DNA of 32,000 bases from Wallemia ichthyophaga EXF-994 (GCF_000400465.1 NW_008806292.1:60001-92000); one strand, 5' to 3'. Counted from the stretch's first letter, positions 1 through 8,637 are shown. The notes: generated from the letters alone by a model not told the origin. Numbers and translations are program-made.

Positions 1-782
1 ACGACGAAGATGTTTTACCGATAACGCAGGAATATGAGTACAAAAACGATTACAATAATGAATTTAATGAGTACAGCGAATACCCCAATGAATACCCAGA
101 CTACAATCACCTTATCAATACAAACCTGTTGTCTTCAAAACTACCCTCAGAAGATGAAGATGACGAGGATTATGATGTTAACGGTTTTCTACAGCAATAC
201 CAGTCGTTGGAGACTGTAGATGGCGGCGTGGGAAGAGCACCCTCAGAGGCAACGACAGAGAGAGAAAGAGAGAGCATTAGCAACGGCAACAGCTTCAATA
301 ATGACGACCGACCCAAAAAGAAGGGTAGAAAAGCTCATCTCGGCACTGAGGAGGAGAAACGCGAGAGGCGTCTTGAACAACAGAGAATAGCCGCAGCACG
401 CAGTCGTAAAAACAAGAAAGAAGAGTTGAATAAAGTCGAGAAGGATAATGAGGAACTGAGATATCGTGGTAAGATTGCAAATGATCGCATAACCACACTT
501 GAGAAGGAACTGCGGGATGCCAAATTGCACATATACAGGCTGGAGAATGAGAAACTGGCAGTGAAAGGGGTTAATGGACAGCGGCATCCAGCAGTTAAAC
601 AGCTGATTGAATCTGTACAAGCACTCGTTCAGGCTACCGATGGTGATGGTTATGATGTGCTTGATAAGGTTGATCAGGAGGAGGCTGCGCTTACAGAGGA
701 TGAGAATGAGCAGGAACAGGAGCAAGAGCAAGAGAATGATCACGAACACGAACACGACAATTCAAGCAATGAAAGTCTTTAG
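1..782 (+). CDS. bZIP transcription factor, 5'-truncated by the window edge
   Basis: Frame 3 is open from base 3 to TAG 780-782, so the ORF-track start at 129 (TTG) is not the true start. Basic region KRERRLEQQRIAAARSRKNKK is followed by a heptad repeat (V,L,A,L,A,L at d positions). Acidic EQEQ/HEHE tail. Confidence 0.8.
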   Translation, partial: DEDVLPITQEYEYKNDYNNEFNEYSEYPNEYPDYNHLINTNLLSSKLPSEDEDDEDYDVNGFLQQYQSLETVDGGVGRAPSEATTERERESISNGNSFNNDDRPKKKGRKAHLGTEEEKRERRLEQQRIAAARSRKNKKEELNKVEKDNEELRYRGKIANDRITTLEKELRDAKLHIYRLENEKLAVKGVNGQRHPAVKQLIESVQALVQATDGDGYDVLDKVDQEEAALTEDENEQEQEQEQENDHEHEHDNSSNESL

Positions 783-828
783 TTTGTACATAACAATATA
801 TCTGAACTCTCTTTCTCTCACGACGATC

Positions 829-1809
829 ATGTCTTCTCCCAACGAGCGTATCAAAGCACTACTACGCCTTCCAGAGAACAAGAATTGCGTTGATTGTAAT
901 GCACCTTCTCCACAATGGGCCAGTCTCAACAATTGTGTTTTCTGCTGCCTAGAATGTTCCGGGAAACACCGAGGATTGGGTGTACACATATCATTTATTA
1001 GATCAACCAATATGGACGCCTGGAAGGAAGAGCAAGCTGGAAGAATGGAGCTTTTCGGGAATGAGAAATTCCGTCAACTTATCGCAAACTCACCTACACT
1101 ATCCGCCGATACCCCAATCGAAGACAAGTACACGGACGCGCAAGTTGATGCATACAGAGAGGAAATTAACACGCTGGCTAAAGAGAAGGGACTGTGGATG
1201 CCCGCTCAGTCTCCAGCCTACACGCGCACTAACAGCGGCAGCGACAGTGGCTCGCAGACGAGAACGAGAAGGCGTATGAATGACGTGAGTGGAGGAGCAA
1301 CATCATCTACTCAGGAACCCCAGACACACCATGCACACCACGCAAACGAAGAATACTTTGAAAAATTGGGCAGAAAGAACGATTCAAGATCAACAGACTT
1401 ACCACCATCACAAGGTGGTAAGTATACTGGATTTGGTAGCACACCACAGCCACAGACACAGACACAATCCAATACAAGTTCAGATAACGTACCTTCCATC
1501 GATGAGCTTAGAGATAATCCAATGCAGGCTGTGAGTAAGGGATGGGGATTCTTCAGTTCAGCTTTGGGTGGTGCAGCGAGCGCAGTAAAGGGCACAGTCG
1601 ATGACAAATTGGCTGATCCAAATCTAGAGCGTGATTTACAGGGCTACAAGAACAACATTTCCAGTTATTGGTCACAGGGTTTGTCAAGAGCTAGCCAGTA
1701 CAGCAACGTAGCGAATGAGTGGACGCGTAAGGAGCTTGGAATTGATATGCAGAAGGGTACTAGCGGTGGTAATTCTACTAATACCAATGCTAACAACTCT
1801 AACACATAA
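829..1809 (+). CDS. GCS1: ADP-ribosylation factor GTPase-activating protein (Gcs1/ArfGAP1-like), 326 aa
   Basis: ATG at 829. ArfGAP zinc finger CVDC-x16-CLEC-SGKHRGLGVHISFIRSTNMDAW; Gcs1-like C-terminal GGKYTGFGS and KGWGFFSS (ALPS-like) segments. Confidence 0.9.
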   Translation: MSSPNERIKALLRLPENKNCVDCNAPSPQWASLNNCVFCCLECSGKHRGLGVHISFIRSTNMDAWKEEQAGRMELFGNEKFRQLIANSPTLSADTPIEDKYTDAQVDAYREEINTLAKEKGLWMPAQSPAYTRTNSGSDSGSQTRTRRRMNDVSGGATSSTQEPQTHHAHHANEEYFEKLGRKNDSRSTDLPPSQGGKYTGFGSTPQPQTQTQSNTSSDNVPSIDELRDNPMQAVSKGWGFFSSALGGAASAVKGTVDDKLADPNLERDLQGYKNNISSYWSQGLSRASQYSNVANEWTRKELGIDMQKGTSGGNSTNTNANNSNT

Positions 1810-1835
1810 AAGACGGTTCAACTAAAACACTCATC

Positions 1836-2318
1836 ATGGTCAACGATATCCTACACGCGACAGAGAACCTTGGGAATTACATTGAAAATAAAGAAAGTAT
1901 ATCAAAATTTAATAAAATGTACATCGATATCTATACTTCGTATAAGGCGGTTGGTATTAGGGATCGTAACCTAGAGCTTGAGCTGGATAGAACGAGGAGA
2001 GCGTATTTGGATAAGCTTAGTACGGAGTTAGTTACAGCGTTTGGTATTATGAGTATGGCTAGAGCGAATGAGCTTCTTTTTGAAGCGTTGGAATCACTTT
2101 ACGCGGCACTGAGTCGTTTTATAAAGACATCGGGGGTATTGGGCGCGGGGCAAGGACAGGGGCAGCAACAGGATCAGGTGTTTAAGCCGCAGCCACTTTC
2201 CCAACCACATCCTCAACCACATCCACAATCACACCCACATGCTCAGACCAAACAACCACGCAAGAAGCTACATAAGAAGAAATCTGACAATTGGATTTTA
2301 GTTGAAAATACCAATTGA
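1836..2318 (+). CDS. Hypothetical 160-aa protein (helical N-terminus, Q/P/H-rich tail)
   Basis: Intact ATG-TGA ORF that fills the whole gap between the ArfGAP and the phosphatase. No family recognised. Confidence 0.65.
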   Translation: MVNDILHATENLGNYIENKESISKFNKMYIDIYTSYKAVGIRDRNLELELDRTRRAYLDKLSTELVTAFGIMSMARANELLFEALESLYAALSRFIKTSGVLGAGQGQGQQQDQVFKPQPLSQPHPQPHPQSHPHAQTKQPRKKLHKKKSDNWILVENTN

Positions 2319-2343
2319 GTAGGAGCACTACAAAGCGATGCAT

Positions 2344-3193
2344 TCAAAGTTTATCCAAAATCTCCTCAACTTCCCAAGCTCCAACCCATTTAACCACGGA
2401 ACACTTCAAATTGCCTTCTTTCTCTATTCTATTTATCAACGGACGTGGGTACCTTGCAAGCGCGGTATCTTGACTTCTGAGGTGCAACAAGGGACAATAA
2501 TCATTTCCACCATCTCCGACGTAGAATACCTGATTGTACGCGTCCCAGCCACCTTTAGCTGCAACGTAGCTTTCTAATTCTTCACCTGGTATTTTTATAG
2601 ATGTCAGCAACAACATTGTATTAATTTAATTACTTACCCTTGCACATATTTGGTGAGCAGCCGACGCTGCAACCATGCTGTGGACCATTTGGATCGACGC
2701 GTCTGCTCACATTAAGGCAGCCTGACGATGACCATTCTGCCTTATTAGTTATAATAGCATCGAAGAGGTGTAAAATTTTCTTGTCTTGGAGGATAGTCCT
2801 GATGTAGACCTCGTTGCTATTAGATAGAATGACTAGATCTACATCAGGATTGCGATGTTTGAGGTTCTCCAAGGCTCTTTTCATGGCTGGATGGAATGGC
2901 ATCACTTTGAGCGCGTTTTCGATTTCTTCTCTGGACTTTCCATCGTCGTGGAGCTCTTTCATCTTGAGTGCAACGAGATCAGTCCACTGGATGGAAGATT
3001 TGAGTGATTTCATCTGTCTTCTCTTGATCGGGTCGAGGACTTCGAATACCCAGCGATCGGTATCTTGTTCGGAGAGAGACCAATCGAACTTTATGTGTTT
3101 ATAATAAGACATATGAGCTACATGAGCCACTCAACCCACATCGAATGTAACCAATTTCCTCGACATGCTTGTATCGTCAAGAGCAACAGCCAT
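2344..3193 (-). CDS. HAD-family phosphatase, PHOSPHO1/PHOSPHO2 (pyridoxal-phosphate phosphatase)-like
   Basis: Exons 3193-3140, 3088-2638, 2585-2344 (GT-AG introns of 51 and 52 nt). Splicing restores HAD motif I TFDFDWSL; also ILSNSN, CSPNMCKG and YVGDGGND motifs. An alternative start at ATG 3166 is possible. Confidence 0.9.
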
Positions 3194-4870
3194 GGAAATT
3201 AAAGTTTTGTACAAGAAGCAAGAAGGTGTTCTTAAGATAATTGAGTCTGGTTTTGAATTCAAATCCCTCAATTCCTTCCATGTGGGTTTCGACAGGTTGA
3301 ATAGTGGGTCACGTCTCTAGGCGTAGTGTCTGTCTAATCAAGTACACCAGCGCTCTTTGCTAGCAAAGCTGGCTCTACGCCTGTTAGACTCAAAGTTGAC
3401 CTGCTCGATCCACAGCAGTCGCTGACGTTCACCTTTATCCACCCCACCAACGCCTTGTCTGAGCGAGAGGCGGCCAAAGAACAGTTAACCCAGGCTATAG
3501 CGGGCAATAGAGCGCGTGCCAGTAGCCAGATTGATCGTCAGGTTAGTGGTTCTGCCGGTACCTCAGCTACCACTTCACCCCACCCTGGCCTCGGTCTCTC
3601 CAAAGTTGACTTGGAAATTCGCAAGAAAGTTCTTGTAAAGGATCCTCAATTGGCTAAACTACACAGAGATCTCGTCATAGGTGGTGTGATAACAGAGGAC
3701 GAGTTCTGGCAGGGCAGACAGCAACTGCTACTACTCGAGCACCTCTCAGCATCCCAAAAGCCCGGCAAACCATCCACGCTAGTTGACCCTCGCCCGACAT
3801 CCTCCCAAGCCGGTGAATTCACAATAACGATAACTCCCCAACTAGTCCAAGACATATTCCAAGAATACCCCGTTGTGCGCAAAGCCTTTATAGAGAATGT
3901 GCCTAATCCTCTCGCCGAATCAGATTTCTGGATAAGGTACTTTCACTCACATCTATTCGCGCGTCATCGGGCGAGCTCACGGGTGGATGCGAATGACGCG
4001 CGCAACGACCCCGTCTTCGACCAGTATTTGGAGGAGGCAGATGACGGGCTGGAGCCGCGCCACGCACAGCGCCGCGTCTATGACCGTCTGCTCGACCTTG
4101 GCAGCACGCAAGCGGACCACGACGCGAGCGGCAACGCACTCGACATAACCATGCAAGCGGGAAAAGTAAAGGCAGCGCTGCCACTCATGCGTCGCTTCAA
4201 CGAGCATTCGCAGCGTCTTCTCAGCGCGACGGTGGGCGATGCGCCAAGTGTACAGGGTGAGTCGGGCGCGCAAGACAACTACACCCAGCAAATTCGCATC
4301 GATGATCTCGAGCACCACCAGGAGGCTCAGCCAGTTCGCCTCAATATGAAGGACCGCGAGCAGTACTACACAAATATGATACTCGATGGAGAGGCGGGCG
4401 GCGCGTCTGCTTTGCAGTCTGACACGCCTCACATGCTGGACACCGCCCAACTTGCTCATAGCATCAGAGAGGGCTTGGAGGAGTGGGATGTGCTGGTGCG
4501 CGCTGATGATATTCACGATACTACACCCGCCACGCGCGAAATAGAGGACGGATTGCGCTCGACTGCTCAGATCGCCGCGCATGATACTGGCGCTGCTCAT
4601 GTAGCCACCTCTAACGCTATGAAAGCTGCCATTAGCTGCCATACGGCGTGCACTGAGTTCCTCCGGCTCTACTGGTCCAGTAAGTTGTCGCAGCCGCGTG
4701 ATACGGGGAAAGTGGATCGTATGGTGGATTTCATCAGGAAAACACCGTCGAAAGTCGACGCAGTTGTCAAGAAGGCGCAGACTGTGCATGAGGCTGATGT
4801 ACTCAGACAGGCTCTCCAGCCTGTTTTGAATGGCGTTAAGAAGGTGCTGGCTAATGAGCAGCAGGTGTGA
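3192..4870 (+). CDS. TFB1: TFIIH subunit Tfb1/p62 (PH domain plus two BSD domains), 543 aa
   Basis: Exons 3192-3303 and 3351-4870 (47-nt intron gtgggt..ctaat..ccag). The PH start MEIKVLYKKQEGVLKI continues in frame to TLFASKAGSTPVRLKV. BSD motifs ITEDEFWQGR and AESDFWIRYFHS. Confidence 0.9.
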
Positions 4871-4947
4871 TTGTATGTATGTGTATTATGTATTTATTCT
4901 TGTTTTATGTATTTATTCCCATTTTACATCCATCTACGATAACACTG

Positions 4948-4957
4948 ATGACGTCAT
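4948..4957. promoter_or_regulatory. ATF/CREB (CRE) palindrome ATGACGTCAT upstream of ATE1
   Basis: Perfect 10-bp palindrome in the 150-bp TFB1-ATE1 spacer, about 64 bp before the ATE1 ATG. Confidence 0.45.
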
Positions 4958-5020
4958 AGAGTTTTTTTTTGTTGTATCATCTCAATTCATCTACCTTTTC
5001 CCGTCGCCATCTCAACGACG

Positions 5021-6541
5021 ATGTCATCGATAATCGTACCAATTGGATACAGCGGGAGTAGCTGCGGGTATTGCGGGGGAGACGGGCAACGGAGTGAGAA
5101 GGAGGAGAACTACAGCTATGGATTCTGGGCGGTGCAGATGGCGTGTGAGGTGGGTAGAGTGCACATGCATATAGAGACCCGCTAATGCGTCTCAAAGGAC
5201 TACAGACAGCTTATCGATAGCGGGTGGCGCAGGAGTGGTGGATATATCTACAACCCAGACAGATCACGCACGTGCTGCCCCCAATACACAATTAAACTCG
5301 ACGCAGCAGCGTTCAAACCACAGCGATCTCTCAGGCAGGAGCTGCACAGGTTTAATAGGTGGATAAGATTTGGCGGTGATTTGCAGGGTGGAGACACCGC
5401 AGCAGCCACAACAACACCCACAGCAGCACCCAAAGACAAACACAAAGGCAAAAATAAGACATTTGACTTGCTTGAATGTGTAAAGGAGTCCCAGCATGAC
5501 AACCACGCCAACCACAACCTAGAAGTTTCTCTAGAGAGGGCTGGCTACACCGACGAAAAATTTGAGCTGTTCAAGGCTTACCAGGTGTCTATACATCACG
5601 AGACAATATCCGAGCAGCGTAAGGATTCTTTCAAAAGGTTCCTAGTCGATGGCCCACTCAAATACTCACCTATCACCTACAAACACGGCAGACCAGTGAG
5701 CATGCCTTCGCACTACGGTCAATACCATCACGTGTACCGGGTCGATGGTAAACTGATAGCTATGGGTGTTTTGGATATCCTCCCCGAGTGTGTCTCATCC
5801 GTTTATCTCATGTACCATCCTGGGTACCAATCACTCAATCTTGGCAAAGTGGGTTGACTTATATGAGCTATTTGAGCTACTGACCTATCTTTTCCCCTAA
5901 ATCCCCAGATCAGCGCGTTATTTGAAGTCGCACTGGCACTCGAAATGCGCAATGCAGGCGCAGGTGCTGTGGATCTGTACATGGGTGGGTGTCTTAGTGC
6001 ATTTTAGGCGTCAAAAAACATAATTAACTCCACAAACCCACTCTCAGGCTACTATATCCACGACTGCGTGAAAATGAAATACAAGGCCACGTATCAGCCT
6101 TCGTATCTCCTAGACGCTGTGCGTGGAAATATGCATAAGTGGCAATATCAGCTGATTTAGCACCTCCAGGAATCTAACACCTTCTATCCATTTACACAAG
6201 CAGCTGCGATTCTAGACAAACATAAAAACGCATCCTTTGAGCGCGGCGTGAGTATTAAAGTGGATGGAGGTAGTACTCCGGGCGAAACACACAGTGTGAC
6301 AGATAGTGACGATGGCAGCTACTCTGAAGACGACGATAACTTGCCTTCTCCACCTCCAGCTGGTTTCCTCAATCCTCGCGCTCTACCTAAGCAACTCCTC
6401 AATCAAATCAAAATACTCGATAACCGCTCAATGCGTCTACTCACTTACTTCACCTTACCACACTCTTATAGATCTCAAGTGGACGATCTAGTGGCTGCAT
6501 TGGGTGACAAGTCACCTAATTTCGTCATCTTGATAACGTAG
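5021..6541 (+). CDS. ATE1: Arginyl-tRNA--protein transferase (N-degron pathway)
   Basis: ATG at 5021. CGYC, GWRRSG and [11 protein letters not shown]-domain motifs; [28 protein letters not shown] and [17 protein letters not shown]-domain motifs. Introns 5150-5197, 5849-5908, 5985-6047, 6119-6169. Confidence 0.95.
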
Positions 6542-6623
6542 ATAAGATTTGAAACAGTTATTACAATTTAAAATACAATTATTTTGTACAATTCGACCAA
6601 ATGTTTACAACTCGACGTCCCAT

Positions 6624-8303
6624 CTACCACTGTAAAGTCTGCACAACCAACTGCTCTTCTTTTTCGTTGTTTGCATCCTCATCGCTTTCATCTAGTGTCA
6701 AGTCAATAACCATCGAGCCGTCGTGTGAATTGTCTTGGATGTTGTTGTGTGTGTTATATGTACTCTGTGTGTTGTGTGTAATTTGGGTGCGTGGACTGTT
6801 GTTTTGGTTATTTTGTTCGGTTTGAACATTTTGTTTGCTATGGTTGACGCAGTTACTTGGGCTTGGGTTGACATGCATGCTTTGGCTGACACGATTACTT
6901 GGGGTTCGGTTGATATGATTGCTTTGGTGTACACGGTTGCCTGGGTTAACACAGTTGCTTTGGCTGTTCCTATTCCTGTTAGTGCTGCTTATGATTTCAA
7001 TACTACTACTCCGGCTTCTGTCGCCTTGATCGCCTTCTACAATCTCGCCATCTTCAGCTTCCCGAATTTCCCCTTCTTCTGGTCCAATTTGTGTAGGTCG
7101 TGTTGGCTGCTGTCTCATTCGGGTATATTGCGGCGTACTTGCGCGGTTAGTAATTAATTGGAACAATCTGTTATGAGCACGCGCATGCTTATTTGCATTT
7201 TGAGGTCCTTGCTTGTTATTCTGCATAATGTTCTGTATAATGTTCTGTCTATTCAATTGCATCTTGCCCTGCTTAATATCATGCTCATTGTTTGGCTTCC
7301 TGAATTTCTCTCTCTTATTTCTCGCTTGAGTCTCATTGGTGTTTCTGATTTTATTGTCTCTATCACGTATCTGAGCCACCGCGGAGGGTCTACTTTGAGC
7401 AACCCGGTCTGTTCCAAGAATTTGATCTGTAAGGCTGCTCTCTCTTTCGCGCTTCTTCATCATCCGATCCAACTCGCGCATCCTCGCTTCGTGGCTGAGC
7501 ACGTCTGCGTCCTTCTCCGCCTGCTGCGCATGCTCCTTCTCAGCGAGCAGCCTTCTCTCCTCCTTCTTCCTCCGCTTCCACTCCTTACTCACCGCTTTCG
7601 CGGTCGAGAATGTCTTGCACTTCCAGTCTATGTCTAGATTGTGGTTGCTGAGGAAGGGCATACCGAGACTAACAAAGCTGCGCGGAGTGTTTATCACTGC
7701 GAACAACCTCTCTTCCTCAATCTTGCGCAGCTGGAAAGGCACGCTCACTTGTCCGACGACATCCAACACATTCCCGAAGCTGTCTTCGACTTGCACAGCA
7801 GGAAACAGTGTGTCATACTGTATGCCTGCATACCTAGCAAATTGTATAGACAAGCTGTCAATTGGTGAACCTGAATTTATACCTGCGATTGTCGCAACGC
7901 TGTTAACTAAACATTTCGCTCGTGATGACTGCACTATTGGCTGGCTGGTGTAGAATCTGAACTGCGAAGATAACAGGCTGTCACCCATCCCGCCTATCTG
8001 CTGATTGTGGTGCGAGCTCGGATCTGCTTCTACGTCAGCATTCTTGCGGAAGCGTGGTAAAGAGCCTATTGATGTGGGTATATGGCCACTGTCAACGCTG
8101 AAGAATGACTTGTTCCTTATTTGAGTCTCTGCTGGTGGTGGGGCGAATAAAGAGTGATCTAAACCGTCGAGGTTGATGTTGAGACTATCAACGCTATCCA
8201 GTATCAATGGATCTGTGTACTCCGATGAATGCGTTGGTAGCGTTGGCGCATTTTCCAAAACCGAGAAATCTACCGACGATAACAAATCCGCGTCAGTCGC
8301 CAT
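6624..8303 (-). CDS. Intronless 559-aa protein with a catalytically altered retropepsin (Ty3/gypsy-type aspartyl protease) domain and a long disordered tail
   Basis: First ATG at 8303 (the track start at 8342 is TTG); open to the stop at 6624. Contains VNSVATIAGINSGS..SLSIQFARYAGI and VSLGMPFLSNHNLDIDWKCKTF, matching the retrotransposon protease signature but with N in place of the catalytic D. Confidence 0.8.
   Translation of the reverse strand: MATDADLLSSVDFSVLENAPTLPTHSSEYTDPLILDSVDSLNINLDGLDHSLFAPPPAETQIRNKSFFSVDSGHIPTSIGSLPRFRKNADVEADPSSHHNQQIGGMGDSLLSSQFRFYTSQPIVQSSRAKCLVNSVATIAGINSGSPIDSLSIQFARYAGIQYDTLFPAVQVEDSFGNVLDVVGQVSVPFQLRKIEEERLFAVINTPRSFVSLGMPFLSNHNLDIDWKCKTFSTAKAVSKEWKRRKKEERRLLAEKEHAQQAEKDADVLSHEARMRELDRMMKKRERESSLTDQILGTDRVAQSRPSAVAQIRDRDNKIRNTNETQARNKREKFRKPNNEHDIKQGKMQLNRQNIIQNIMQNNKQGPQNANKHARAHNRLFQLITNRASTPQYTRMRQQPTRPTQIGPEEGEIREAEDGEIVEGDQGDRSRSSSIEIISSTNRNRNSQSNCVNPGNRVHQSNHINRTPSNRVSQSMHVNPSPSNCVNHSKQNVQTEQNNQNNSPRTQITHNTQSTYNTHNNIQDNSHDGSMVIDLTLDESDEDANNEKEEQLVVQTLQW
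6832..6960 (-). repeat. Degenerate 42-nt (14-aa) coding tandem repeat, NRVxQSxHxNxxPS-like
   Basis: SNCVNPG-NRVHQSNHINRTPS-NRVSQSMHVNPSPS-NCVNHS. DNA units ggttgacatgcatgctttggctgacacgattac.. and ggttgatatgattgctttggtgtacacggttgc.. Confidence 0.6.
7608..7920 (-). mobile_element. LTR-retrotransposon-derived aspartyl protease domain, apparently domesticated (no other TE parts seen)
   Basis: Hallmarks: hydrophobic-hydrophobic-[D>N]-S-G at 7869-7877, flap region VEDSFGNVLDVVG, and the LGMPFL..N..IDW C-terminal motif typical of Ty3/gypsy proteases. No LTR, gag zinc knuckle, RT or integrase is recognisable in the flanks. Confidence 0.65.
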
Positions 8304-8637
8304 CGTTGAGAAAAACAAAGCCGATGAAAACGAGTAAGTCAATTAGAATGTAATGTATTTGTATAAACAACTTTAGTCTCTGTTCGAACAACAATTCATG
8401 TTGGATTTTATTTGTAATGTGGAAAATTTTGACACAATGAATATGGAAGAATAGGGAAATATGGGAAAGTAGAGTAAAAATGAGTGTGTCCAGCTACCTG
8501 TAGATGGATGACAAGCACAGCCAAGAAATATGGAGCAAAACGGCGTTTGTTGAGTGTACGTTAGTGAGGCGATATTGAAAATGATGTGAGCGAGTACGAC
8601 GACCGTTGGTTATCGCGATTTCCAAGAAACAATCCTC

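Noticed and set aside
3977-4789. Long antisense ORFs (270 aa opposite TFB1; others opposite MRP51, ESC2, POB3 and the bZIP)
   Set aside because: These are shadow frames of GC-rich or repetitive coding sequence, with no recognisable motifs.
7875-7877. RIP as the cause of the GAT-to-AAT catalytic change
   Set aside because: The context is ApG, not the TpG (CpA) context typical of RIP, and the ORF has no accumulated stops.
6624-8303. Annotation as Ddi1, or as an intact or active LTR retrotransposon
   Set aside because: There is no UBL/UBA domain and the C-terminal motif is LGMPFL..IDW rather than Ddi1-like. No LTRs, PBS, gag knuckle, RT or integrase are visible.
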